Shown here: one piece after another, positions 27,227 through 36,451 of the stretch | Layout: each line of letters begins with the position of its first letter | Position numbering within the stretch: the stretch's first letter is position 1 | Virus record (IMG/VR): IMGVR_UViG_3300011335_000826 | Span: 1 to 64,000 of that record | Origin: a virus | Taxonomy: Duplodnaviria; Caudoviricetes | DNA length: 64,000 nt | Direction: 5' to 3' (one strand) | Notes under the pieces: generated by a model | The model's input: the letters and a program-made list of their open reading frames with translations, nothing else | Databases searched by the model: none | What the model was told of the DNA's origin: nothing | Position numbers and translations under genes: made by a program

Positions 27227-28030
27227 TCAAGTCTCTATTACAATGCGTTTAGGAAAATAAGGATTTTGATTGTAAGGGGTGTCTCCGCGCCCTCTACAGT
27301 TGTTGATGAAATGTATTCCGTTGATGTACTGATTCACGCTGCCGTGATAGTGCCCAAAACACCAAGTATGTATTTTTCTTTCAGTATCGTTGGTATGTAC
27401 TAGATGCATGAGTCGATTGCCCATGTGATTGAATTTTTCAGTGCCTGACAGTTCGATATCATGTTTGATCAATTGTGCAGCAGGCACAGTATGAGTCACA
27501 ATCACTATCTTTTTCACATCATTGTGTGTTTGTAATCTTTGTACCGTGTTTATCAAATATGCCGCATCCTTACGACTCAGGTCACTGATTATCTCAGGGT
27601 CAAACTCATGATCGGGCATGACTTTAGCATACCAATCAACCATGCATTGTTTAGAGTGATCTCGGTCAATGGTTTCATCTAGATCATACCCCCACCACCC
27701 GTTGGTACCAATTATGGCTACACCGTCTATCACTACCACATTGTCTTGAAGATAAGTCACCCGAGGAATTCTATTAACACTTCGTGCTAGATCTCGATAG
27801 CTGCCACCAAGATCGTGGAATCTAAATTTGTGCTCGTCGTTGCCTTCAATGTAGAAAACAGCCGCATAGCAGTTGGCGAGATGTTTAAGACAGTTTCTCA
27901 CTATCCTAGGATCGGAACTGATGTCACCGGCTACCACACAGATTGGACTAGTAGGCTGGCCACTCCAGTCAAATTCGTCGGGCCAAGTTTCCAGATGCAG
28001 ATCAGAAATTAAGTCAAATGCAATACTCAT
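27227..28030 (-). CDS. Calcineurin-like metallophosphoesterase
   Basis: SDLH, AGD, GNDEH, THTVP, FGHYH. Confidence 0.9.
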   Translation of the reverse strand: MSIAFDLISDLHLETWPDEFDWSGQPTSPICVVAGDISSDPRIVRNCLKHLANCYAAVFYIEGNDEHKFRFHDLGGSYRDLARSVNRIPRVTYLQDNVVVIDGVAIIGTNGWWGYDLDETIDRDHSKQCMVDWYAKVMPDHEFDPEIISDLSRKDAAYLINTVQRLQTHNDVKKIVIVTHTVPAAQLIKHDIELSGTEKFNHMGNRLMHLVHTNDTERKIHTWCFGHYHGSVNQYINGIHFINNCRGRGDTPYNQNPYFPKRIVIET

Positions 28031-28054
28031 GATACATATTTAAAAGGAAATACA

Positions 28055-28414
28055 ATGAACATAATATTTGGAGACAACATAGCCGAACTAGCCCGAGAAA
28101 AATATACCGTGCTAGAACTGGATACTCTTGTGATGTCTGGGCAAGATCAAACAGCTACTGCGTATGCAATAGTGGAAAAAATTCCCTTGCAAGAAATGTC
28201 CACCTTGGATCGGTTTCAAGATCTACACGATAATCTCATGAAGGAATACCGCAAGCGTAACTGGAAATATTGTGAGGATGCCATTGGTCATCTACAAGGA
28301 CGATGGAACACCGAGATCGATACTTTTTACAGCGAATTGTATGACCGGATACAATCGTTGAAAACACAATCATTGCCCGATGATTGGAGTGGATACATCA
28401 CGAAATCGACTTGA
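28055..28414 (+). CDS. Standalone domain resembling the C-terminal extension of class III adenylate cyclases
   Basis: YTVLELDTL ... YRKRNW ... LPDDWSGYITK pattern. Confidence 0.5.
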   Translation: MNIIFGDNIAELAREKYTVLELDTLVMSGQDQTATAYAIVEKIPLQEMSTLDRFQDLHDNLMKEYRKRNWKYCEDAIGHLQGRWNTEIDTFYSELYDRIQSLKTQSLPDDWSGYITKST

Positions 28415-29689
28415 TCTATGTCGACGAAGGTCACGAATCATGTTTCTCTGAGCTTGGTTTTTAAAACACGGATATTTGTTGCTTAGTCCTAACCGCCGAA
28501 TTAGCTTTCTCCAAGCCCAATAAGTCTCACCTCGATTCTCCAGGTAAAAATCCACAGCATGTTTGAGATTTATTTGTAATTCATCTGTCACCTGTTGTAT
28601 AAAATCTCTGCTGAAAAAATGTTGTTTGTTGTAGCGGGTAATCTTGTTGATTTCTTTCCAATCTGATTGTGTCAACTGTTGTATCTGCTGCATGGTTTTT
28701 ACGATCAGTTCCATGCGTTTTACAGTATCAGTTTCCAAATCATAACTTTCATCCCAAAAATCACCAAAGGTTTTAAACCCATAACCTTTGAGATATTCCA
28801 ATGCACCTGGCCCGGCCAATAATACAAACGCATGGTCACAAGCAATAGGTCTTAAGATTTTTTCAGTCAAATGTATCTTAGGGCCATCAACCACTGTTTC
28901 TAACACCACACTGACAGCAGTGGTTGTGATATCATTGACATCATAATCGGCACTGGCAGTCGGGAACGAGATATTATTTGGTATGCAAACAAGTCGTGAA
29001 GTATCCACTGAGAATCTTGGATCTTGGGAGATATAATCTTTGAGATGCACGCCTTGATTGTTCACATGTTGTGTGCTGATGATACAGTTGTCGGTCAGTC
29101 CAGCTTCTACTAGTAAATCAAGAAATTTTAATCTGTATTCTCGATTTGGCATCCAATCTCTGCAATACACTAAGAAAGTTTTTTCTATATGTCTTTGATC
29201 AAACCTGCTATCGTATTCAGCAAATCTATACCAATCTCTGGCTATCACAGCATGACTCCAATAATAAACTGGTAAAAATCCAATTTGTCCAAACTGATCT
29301 ACATCACTGCTATTTTTTTCACTATGCAGCAACACAAACCAATCGTCCATCATGGTAGCTGCACTGAGCCAGTTTGGATTAAACTTAGGAAACAATGATG
29401 GATTTGAGTACAGGAACATCTCAAATTCTTTTTCTCCCAAAGTAAATTTTCTTCTGTCAAGTAACCGATCTAATCGATCTAGGTCATAGTCAAATTTATG
29501 GTCGGAAAAATTCAAAGGTTCTTGGTCATGACATATTATACTAGGAATCAACGACCATGACGGATAATTGTCAAAAATATCGAGATCAAAAATATCTTTG
29601 CTACCATGTGGCTGGAATACATAAAGTATCACAGGGTGCTGTGCAAGACCGTGTATCCAGTGATAAAGATTATCTAAAGGAATGTTCAT
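28370..29689 (-). CDS. GT10-like putative glycosyltransferase
   Basis: VVLETV...LTEKILRPI...GFKTF..WDESYD motif shared with 41531 and 42531. Confidence 0.6.
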   Translation of the reverse strand: MNIPLDNLYHWIHGLAQHPVILYVFQPHGSKDIFDLDIFDNYPSWSLIPSIICHDQEPLNFSDHKFDYDLDRLDRLLDRRKFTLGEKEFEMFLYSNPSLFPKFNPNWLSAATMMDDWFVLLHSEKNSSDVDQFGQIGFLPVYYWSHAVIARDWYRFAEYDSRFDQRHIEKTFLVYCRDWMPNREYRLKFLDLLVEAGLTDNCIISTQHVNNQGVHLKDYISQDPRFSVDTSRLVCIPNNISFPTASADYDVNDITTTAVSVVLETVVDGPKIHLTEKILRPIACDHAFVLLAGPGALEYLKGYGFKTFGDFWDESYDLETDTVKRMELIVKTMQQIQQLTQSDWKEINKITRYNKQHFFSRDFIQQVTDELQINLKHAVDFYLENRGETYWAWRKLIRRLGLSNKYPCFKNQAQRNMIRDLRRHRSSRFRDVSTPIIGQ

Positions 29690-30928
29690 ATGAAGAAAAT
29701 TGGATTTATTGGTATTGGTAAACTGGGATTAGATTGCGCCGAAGTCATGGCAGAGAAACATGAAGTCAGAGGCTATGATATTTACCCACGAACCAGTGAC
29801 TCGGTAAAAGTTTGCGATATCGATGAATTGGTCAACGAAAGCGAATGGATCTTTATCGCTGTGCCGACTCCGCATGTAGAAGGGTATGATGGAAGCGTAC
29901 CGTCGAGCCACATGGAACCAAAGGATTTTGGTCATGAAGCAGTGATTGATGCTATCAACAAAATCAATACTCATGCTCGTAGTTCTAAGAAGGTGGTGCT
30001 GATCAGCACCGTGCTACCGGGTACCACACGCACACACTTTGCGGGACGGTTGGATCCTACGCATCAGTTCTTATACAACCCTTATCTCATTGCCATGGGA
30101 TCAGTGAAGTGGGACATGGTCAATCCAGAGATGATCATGATCGGCACAAAAGATGGTGATTGGAATGGCGTAGCCGGCGAACTCCGAGACTTATACAACA
30201 CAGTGATGCAGAACAACCCTCGTTACGAAATTGGCACCTGGGACGAATGCGAAGCCATCAAGATCTTCTACAACACATTCATTTCAGCCAAAGTAGGTCT
30301 GGTAAACATGATACAAGACTTTGCTATGAAGATTGGCAATATCAATGTGGATGTTGTGACCAACGCATTGGCCCGCAGCACCATGCGTATCATGGGTCCA
30401 AAATACATGACAGCGGGCATGGGTGATGCAGGTGCTTGCCATCCAAGAGACAACATCGCCTTGCGTTGGTTGGCCAAAGAGTATGACATTGGTTACGACT
30501 TGTTTGACACAGTGATGCATGCTAGAGAGATCCAGGCGCGTAACCTGGCACATTTCCTGATCGATCATGCCAAACAAAATGCCATGGGCATAGTGATCCA
30601 CGGCAAAGCATACAAGCCCGATGTTCCATATTGCATTGGTTCATATAGTACCTTGGTTGGATACTATGTTAAACAAGCAGGGTTTGAAGTTAGATATCTT
30701 GACCCACTAGCAGATGATCCTACAGATGTGATTGAAAAGTTGTCACATCCTGCTGTTATTCTTTGGGCACATGATCGCAAAATCACATATGAATATACCG
30801 GTGATCAACCCGAAACGCAACCCTATTGCGATATTCCCCAAGGGTCAGTGATCGTTGATCCATGGCGTAAACTCAATGACATGACCGGACTAACTGTGGT
30901 CCACTATGGTAACACCCGCGCAAAATAA
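29690..30928 (+). CDS. ugd: UDP-glucose/GDP-mannose 6-dehydrogenase
   Basis: GIGKLG, AVPTP, STVLPG, KIFYNTF, GACHPRD, GKAYKP. Confidence 0.92.
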   Translation: MKKIGFIGIGKLGLDCAEVMAEKHEVRGYDIYPRTSDSVKVCDIDELVNESEWIFIAVPTPHVEGYDGSVPSSHMEPKDFGHEAVIDAINKINTHARSSKKVVLISTVLPGTTRTHFAGRLDPTHQFLYNPYLIAMGSVKWDMVNPEMIMIGTKDGDWNGVAGELRDLYNTVMQNNPRYEIGTWDECEAIKIFYNTFISAKVGLVNMIQDFAMKIGNINVDVVTNALARSTMRIMGPKYMTAGMGDAGACHPRDNIALRWLAKEYDIGYDLFDTVMHAREIQARNLAHFLIDHAKQNAMGIVIHGKAYKPDVPYCIGSYSTLVGYYVKQAGFEVRYLDPLADDPTDVIEKLSHPAVILWAHDRKITYEYTGDQPETQPYCDIPQGSVIVDPWRKLNDMTGLTVVHYGNTRAK

Positions 30929-31427
30929 TACCTGGGCACAAGGGCATGTAGATCCTTGGTGGGGTCTACGGCACAAGGATCTAGTCTATATCAACGAGCC
31001 ATTCAACGATCAGACCAGTCTTGCAGAATGGCGTAGACTAGGTTACTCACAGAGTAGATTCACTGGCGACATGTATGACATGCGTAACAGTGAACCTGTG
31101 TGGGTAGATCCATTCCGCAACATATTTCCTTTTAAAAGATTCTCCTGGAGTTTCTATCGTATGGCACCGGGCTGTGTGCTACCTGCACATAGAGATACCT
31201 ATGATCGATTCAAACTCATACATGGATTAGAAACCACCCATTCGGTAGTGAGAACCATAGTATTTCTAGAAGATTGGGCTAGTGGGCATTACATGGAAAT
31301 GAACGGAACACCCTTCACAGGATGGCGTGCTGGAGATTGGGTATCATGGCACGATGACTTTTTACACTTAGCGGCCAACATGGGCCAAACTGATAGATAT
31401 ACATTACAACTAACCGGAACTGTATGA
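30906..31427 (+). CDS. 2OG-Fe(II) oxygenase/cupin (Asp/Asn hydroxylase-like)
   Basis: RMAPGCVLPAHRD ... HLAANMG..DRYTLQ; start may be slightly downstream. Confidence 0.8.
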   Translation: MVTPAQNNTWAQGHVDPWWGLRHKDLVYINEPFNDQTSLAEWRRLGYSQSRFTGDMYDMRNSEPVWVDPFRNIFPFKRFSWSFYRMAPGCVLPAHRDTYDRFKLIHGLETTHSVVRTIVFLEDWASGHYMEMNGTPFTGWRAGDWVSWHDDFLHLAANMGQTDRYTLQLTGTV

Positions 31428-32341
31428 AAATACATAGTTACAATGAATGGGATCCTCTAAGATCCGTAGTAGTAGGGCGTGCTGATCATGCCAATTGGCC
31501 GGTAAATGATCCTGTGTTCAAGTTAGAAAGTGAACGCACACTATGGAAAGAAACACCTGTGCCATCTGGCGCAGTACCGGATTGGATCATTGAACAAGCC
31601 AACGAAGATCTTGAAGAACTGGTCAATACATTGAAATCACTCGGAGTAGAAGTATTCCGTCCAGACGATTTCAACTTCCAAACTCACGATGGCATGTATA
31701 ACTACTGCCCACGAGATCGACTGTTGGTGTACGGCGACACTATAGTGAATCCTGCCATGATGTATCCTTGCAGAGATATGGAACTGCAATGCTATCACGA
31801 TGTTGTGGATTCGGCTGCCAACTACCTATTCATGCCTCGCCACGAAGGAATGACCCTGGATGCGGCCAACATCGCTAGACTTAATGATCGCTGGATCTTC
31901 CTAGAATCGGCTTCGGGCAATCGTGCTGCATATGAATGGCTGCAAGGACATTTCCCCAAGGTCGATATTGAATTAGCAAACTTCTACTCGGGTGTGCATA
32001 TTGATTCTACCATAGTGCCCCTGCGTGAAGGGCTTGTGCTAGTCAACGGCAGTCGTGTGAATCCTATGAACTTGCCTCGAGTATTGCGAGACTGGGAAGT
32101 GGTTTATTGTAGTCATGTGGAAGAACAAGGATTCTTTCAATACCCATATGCATCAAAATGGATAGCATTAAATATGTTGGTAGTGGATCCTCACACTGTG
32201 ATCGTGGACAAAGATCAGTCCATGTTGATTTCATGGTTGGAAAATAACAAATTCACAGTGATACCCATGCAACTGCGTCACAGCAGGACCTTGGGCGGTG
32301 GTTTCCATTGCGTTACACTGGACCTACATAGAGAAGCATGA
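31424..32341 (+). CDS. Amidinotransferase (glycine / inosamine-phosphate type)
   Basis: SYNEWDPL, NYCPRD, DAAN, HIDST, LGGGFHCVTLD with catalytic Cys. Confidence 0.92.
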   Translation: MKIHSYNEWDPLRSVVVGRADHANWPVNDPVFKLESERTLWKETPVPSGAVPDWIIEQANEDLEELVNTLKSLGVEVFRPDDFNFQTHDGMYNYCPRDRLLVYGDTIVNPAMMYPCRDMELQCYHDVVDSAANYLFMPRHEGMTLDAANIARLNDRWIFLESASGNRAAYEWLQGHFPKVDIELANFYSGVHIDSTIVPLREGLVLVNGSRVNPMNLPRVLRDWEVVYCSHVEEQGFFQYPYASKWIALNMLVVDPHTVIVDKDQSMLISWLENNKFTVIPMQLRHSRTLGGGFHCVTLDLHREA

Positions 32342-32892
32342 ACATAGCATGGTTGTTTGCAGAAAACACAGTATTACCGCCTACCACACCAGTGCAGGCT
32401 ATAAAGGATCTCGCCCCCATCTGGGGTAGTTGGCGCACCCAAAGAAGTTACCAGTCCGACAATGTGGTATGTTGGGATCCGGATCAAGCAGAGAAATTAG
32501 TACGCCAAGGCTACGCCAAGACCTGCAATCTCTACATACCTGAACCTGTTTATCAACAATTAGGCAAACCCAAAGGTGTGCGAGTGTTTGGTGGCGGATT
32601 CGAGTTTGCGGTGGATTCGGTTGACGACATAATAGCCACACACTTAGTTGCAAGTGTGGCGGATGTGATACTCATGATAGGATTCGATTTGGAAACCAAG
32701 ACCAAACCCAGCGCCGGCAGAAACAACTATATCGGTATCCTAGCCCAGGCTATCGCAGCCAGCGGTAAGCAATGGGTGATCATAGATCATCACACCGATT
32801 TAGCCGAACCCATCCAAAAACTCTCCAATATCACTAGAGATCTATTGCCAAATGTGTTACAATTACTGGGTAACAACAACAACGGTAACTGA
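32338..32892 (+). CDS. Hypothetical protein
   Basis: ATGA overlap; ILMIGFD motif. Confidence 0.65.
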   Translation: MNIAWLFAENTVLPPTTPVQAIKDLAPIWGSWRTQRSYQSDNVVCWDPDQAEKLVRQGYAKTCNLYIPEPVYQQLGKPKGVRVFGGGFEFAVDSVDDIIATHLVASVADVILMIGFDLETKTKPSAGRNNYIGILAQAIAASGKQWVIIDHHTDLAEPIQKLSNITRDLLPNVLQLLGNNNNGN

Positions 32893-32894
32893 TC

Positions 32895-33917
32895 ATGGCA
32901 CGATTTGGATTTTGCTGCAAGTGGCTCAATGACCCTTCAGAAACTGGAGGTATGAAAGTCAATGCAGTTGACCGCGATATCAACGGTCGGTCAACCACCA
33001 TGCGTTGGCTACGCGAACACAAAGGCGAAGCCGAACAGCGTCAGTGGGACATCATGAACCACAATGCCCGTGCTGCTCTACTCATGGTCGAGCGTGTGGG
33101 TGCTATGGTGCCTGAACGCCGTATGGTGCGACTGGGCAGCGAAATGCTACAAGGCTACACTGAACCGTCGTGGATTGATTGGTGGCAACGACAAGAAATT
33201 CAAGACCACTGTGAAAAGATCTTTGCTCCTGTGGGCGAAGCTGCTCGTCGACTGGGTGTGCGGCTCAGCTTCCACCCTGGACAGTTCTGTGTGCTGGCAA
33301 GTGAAGCAGATGAGATTGTAGAACGCAGTATACTAGAGTTTGAATACCATGCAGACATGGCTCGTTGGATGGGCTATGGCTCTTCGTGGCATGATCACGG
33401 TTTTAAGATAAATGTGCATTTAAGCGGTAAAGGTGGCCCCGCTAAATTCCTGCGTACTCTGGGTCGACTCTCGCCCGAAGCCAGGAATCTAATCGCCATC
33501 GAGAATGATGAGATGACAAATGGTATTGACATTACTTTGGCTGTGGCTGAGCATTGTGCTCTTACGCTGGACATCCACCACCACTGGATCAACAGCGGTG
33601 AATACATCACCCCCCAAGACCCTCGGGCGCGTCGCGTTGTGGAGTCTTGGCGTGGTGCTCGTCCTGCACTTCACTATAGTGTTAGCCGTGAAGATATTCT
33701 GGTTGATCACGATTCCGGAACTAGACCAGATCTCGCGCAGTTACTCGACCGGGGATACCGTAAACAAAAGCTTCGAGCCCATTCGGACTTTCTTTGGAAC
33801 ACGGCTGTGACTGACTGGGCATTGACATTCAGTGAAGATTGGGATATCCAAGTAGAAGCCAAAGGCAAGAACTTGGCCACTGATCAACTGCATCGACAAT
33901 GGCTAAATCAGCAATGA
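32895..33917 (+). CDS. uvsE: UV-damage endonuclease UvsE/UvdE
   Basis: RLSFHPGQF, INVH, IENDE, LDIHHH, HYS, AHSD, VEAKGK. Confidence 0.93.
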   Translation: MARFGFCCKWLNDPSETGGMKVNAVDRDINGRSTTMRWLREHKGEAEQRQWDIMNHNARAALLMVERVGAMVPERRMVRLGSEMLQGYTEPSWIDWWQRQEIQDHCEKIFAPVGEAARRLGVRLSFHPGQFCVLASEADEIVERSILEFEYHADMARWMGYGSSWHDHGFKINVHLSGKGGPAKFLRTLGRLSPEARNLIAIENDEMTNGIDITLAVAEHCALTLDIHHHWINSGEYITPQDPRARRVVESWRGARPALHYSVSREDILVDHDSGTRPDLAQLLDRGYRKQKLRAHSDFLWNTAVTDWALTFSEDWDIQVEAKGKNLATDQLHRQWLNQQ

Positions 33918-33919
33918 GT

Positions 33920-33954
33920 TTGTAACACTACTGTAACATGATTGTGTTTAAATA
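33920..33954 (+). promoter_or_regulatory. Pho box abutting a late-type TAAATA
   Basis: TTGTAAC-ACTA-CTGTAAC-ATGA-TTGTGTT (11-bp period) then TAAATA. Confidence 0.8.
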
Positions 33955-34002
33955 GAAGTGTGCATTCGCACATTCTATCATTCACTAACCAAGGAGAAAT
34001 CA

Positions 34003-34998
34003 GTGAAAAAACTCATTACCATGTTACTCGCAGTTGTTGCATTCGCAGCAACAGCACAAGAAATTACTGGAGCCGGAGCAACATTTCCGGCTCCCCTCTA
34101 TGCAAAGTGGGCCAGCGAATACAACAAGGCCACTAACATCAAGATCAATTATCAATCAGTTGGTTCTGGTGCAGGTATCAAACAGATCGAAGCCAAGACT
34201 GTGACCTTTGGTGCCAGTGACATGCCGCTCACAGACGACAAACTAGCAGCATCGGGCTTGTTCCAGTTTCCCACAGCCATCGGTGGTGTGGTTCCTGTGA
34301 TCAATGTCAAAGGCATTGAGCCCGGACAACTACGCCTAACAGGTTCTGTTATGGCTGACATCTTCTTGGGCAAGATCACCCGTTGGGATGATGCTGCTAT
34401 CAAGGCATTGAACCCGTCACTCGCATTACCTGATCAAGCCATCACAGTGGTTCGCCGTGCAGATGGATCCGGAACAACATTTATCTGGACCAACTACTTG
34501 AGCAAGGTCAGTAAAGAGTTCAAAGAGACTATTGGTGAAGGTACTGCTGTGAGTTGGAAAACAGGGGCAGGTGGCAAGGGCAACGAAGGCGTTTCTGCTA
34601 TGGTTCGCCAACTTCCAGGAGCATTCGGCTATGTTGAATTTGCTTATGTAAAGCAGACCAAGATGAACTGGGTTAATGTGCAGAATGCTGCCGGCACTTG
34701 GGTTGCACCTACAGAAGATTCTTTCAAAGCAGCCGCTGCCAACGCTGATTGGAACAAAACATACTATCAAATCCTCACAAACCAAGCAGGCAAAGAAGCA
34801 TGGCCTATCTCGGGTGCTACATTTATCCTTGTGCATGTGAAGCCAGGCGATGCTGCTGCATCTAAAACTGCTCTAACATTCTTTGATTGGGCGTTCAACA
34901 ACGGTGACAAAGCCGCAGATGACTTGGATTATGTGGCATTGCCTCCGGCAGTCAAAGCCAAGATCCGTGCTGATTGGAAGCAGTTGGGATTGAATTAA
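34003..34998 (+). CDS. pstS: Phosphate ABC transporter periplasmic binding protein PstS
   Basis: GTG start with AAGGAG; ITGAGATFP, YQSVGSGAG, RRADGSGTT, GYVE, WPISG. Confidence 0.97.
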   Translation: MKKLITMLLAVVAFAATAQEITGAGATFPAPLYAKWASEYNKATNIKINYQSVGSGAGIKQIEAKTVTFGASDMPLTDDKLAASGLFQFPTAIGGVVPVINVKGIEPGQLRLTGSVMADIFLGKITRWDDAAIKALNPSLALPDQAITVVRRADGSGTTFIWTNYLSKVSKEFKETIGEGTAVSWKTGAGGKGNEGVSAMVRQLPGAFGYVEFAYVKQTKMNWVNVQNAAGTWVAPTEDSFKAAAANADWNKTYYQILTNQAGKEAWPISGATFILVHVKPGDAAASKTALTFFDWAFNNGDKAADDLDYVALPPAVKAKIRADWKQLGLN

Positions 34999-35043
34999 AC
35001 CGACCTCAAGATAGAGAGGAGGCTGGAACTCGTAACCAGCACT

Positions 35044-35065
35044 AAAGGACTTCGGTCCTTTTTTT
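35044..35065 (+). terminator. Rho-independent terminator
   Basis: AAAGGAC-TTCG-GTCCTTTTTTT. Confidence 0.9.
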
Positions 35066-35111
35066 ATGACTATTTGTATATTATGGATCTGTCTTGGCAC
35101 TAAGTATTTGT

Positions 35112-35174
35112 ATGAGTTGGTTCCGTCATAAACCCCCAAAATACCCTCCACCACCGCCTCCAAAACAATTATAG
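35112..35174 (+). CDS. Putative 20-aa proline-rich cationic peptide
   Basis: MSWFRHKPPKYPPPPPPKQL; ATG 5 nt after TAAGTA (35101-35106). Confidence 0.45.
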   Translation: MSWFRHKPPKYPPPPPPKQL

Positions 35175-35660
35175 ATGTTTCACTGTTATCAGTTGGAATA
35201 GGATAGTGCAGACGGGTATTATTACACACAAACTGCCCATGAACCACAGTGTGGCCATCATGGCGTTGTATTTCATCTCTCGATCTTTTTGCTTTTGTTC
35301 TTCTATACGCCGATCTTCGGCTCGTCGCTCTTCCATCATGCGTAGTCGTTCGGCCTGCATCTCGTAATACACATCTGCATTGCCGCTCCAAAACAAGATA
35401 TCTTTTAGTTCTTTTTCGTGTGCTCTCAATGCTCTTGATTGCATGGCCATTTCCAGAGCCTTGGCATTGATCTCCGCATTGCTCATGCGTATGCTTTCTA
35501 TCTTGGCCTTGGTAGCAGAGTGATGTAGCACATCTGCTGCTTGATAGAACTTGCTGAAGTCGTTTATGAGGCCGTTGACATCTTTGCCCAGTTGCACGGC
35601 TTTTTTGATACCGGCCACTGCGGCCTGAGCTATAGCAAAGGCTGTGAAAGGATCTATCAT
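35169..35660 (-). CDS. Coiled-coil protein with C-terminal TM
   Basis: MIDPFTAFAIAQAAVAGIKKAV; charged coil; hydrophobic tail. Confidence 0.7.
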   Translation of the reverse strand: MIDPFTAFAIAQAAVAGIKKAVQLGKDVNGLINDFSKFYQAADVLHHSATKAKIESIRMSNAEINAKALEMAMQSRALRAHEKELKDILFWSGNADVYYEMQAERLRMMEERRAEDRRIEEQKQKDREMKYNAMMATLWFMGSLCVIIPVCTILFQLITVKHL

Positions 35661-35863
35661 GGCACCCTCCTCATCCAGGGTTTGTCTTTAACTTCCCATT
35701 GTAAACATACACTAGGTTGATTCTGGCTGGGGTCCGAGGATCCAGTCCATCTCACACATACATATTCTTTGTTCTTGTCTAATTTTCCAGTAGGAGGCGG
35801 TGGCGGATTGCTCGCACTAAGCGGTATTGATACCAAAATCAGAACAAGATAGTATTGACGCAT
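35657..35863 (-). CDS. Small secreted Cys-containing protein
   Basis: Signal-like N-term, PPPPP, YVCVRW...VCLQW. Confidence 0.55.
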   Translation of the reverse strand: MRQYYLVLILVSIPLSASNPPPPPTGKLDKNKEYVCVRWTGSSDPSQNQPSVCLQWEVKDKPWMRRVP

Positions 35864-35948
35864 GAGTCATAGCGATGCCATATATTTGAGGCCAAAAAGA
35901 AACCCCACTATTATTTAAGTGGGGTTGGGAGAAAGAAAACCTAGTGTT

Positions 35949-36323
35949 TTACTGTGCGGTCTTTTTTGCTCGAGGTTTTGCTGGTGCCTTGATCGCAGCA
36001 GGCTTCTTCACAGCAGGTTTGCGTGGCTTCTTCACTGGCTCGGGCACAACCACTTTGGTCACAAAGTCAGGATTGCTGGTGCTGGTTGCCCATTGTTCAG
36101 GTGTGAGTTTGTGTAAGCCAACACAGTATCCTGTGGCACTACGACCGCAACCGCATTTGGGTGGCTCGTTGGCCGGAGTCAATGGAATCGGGGTTGTAGC
36201 AGCAGGTGGTTCCAACTTGTATGGTGCTTGGGGCACAGCGGGTGTGGTCACTGCATCCAGAGGATGAGCGTATTTGCTTTCGGGTTTCTTTCCGGTAAAG
36301 AATTCGACGATTTTCTTGAACAT
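35949..36323 (-). CDS. CDGSH-like motif protein with Lys/Pro/Ala-rich tail
   Basis: CGCGRSATGYCVGLH; KKPRKPAVKKPAAIK; perfect TATAAATA and AGGAG upstream. Confidence 0.75.
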   Translation of the reverse strand: MFKKIVEFFTGKKPESKYAHPLDAVTTPAVPQAPYKLEPPAATTPIPLTPANEPPKCGCGRSATGYCVGLHKLTPEQWATSTSNPDFVTKVVVPEPVKKPRKPAVKKPAAIKAPAKPRAKKTAQ

Positions 36324-36384
36324 GGGTGTCTCCTATGCTTTATTTATAACTGGGCACATTTAGGCAAAAAAATCTGACAAAAAG

Positions 36385-36431
36385 ATGTGCGGTCGCAGCA
36401 TATTTTGCCGAACTTTGCTGCGACCGCACAT
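36385..36431. repeat. Perfect 16-bp inverted repeat (operator-like)
   Basis: ATGTGCGGTCGCAGCA-15 nt-TGCTGCGACCGCACAT. Confidence 0.9.
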
Positions 36432-36451
36432 AAATAGTGTTACAATAGAAC

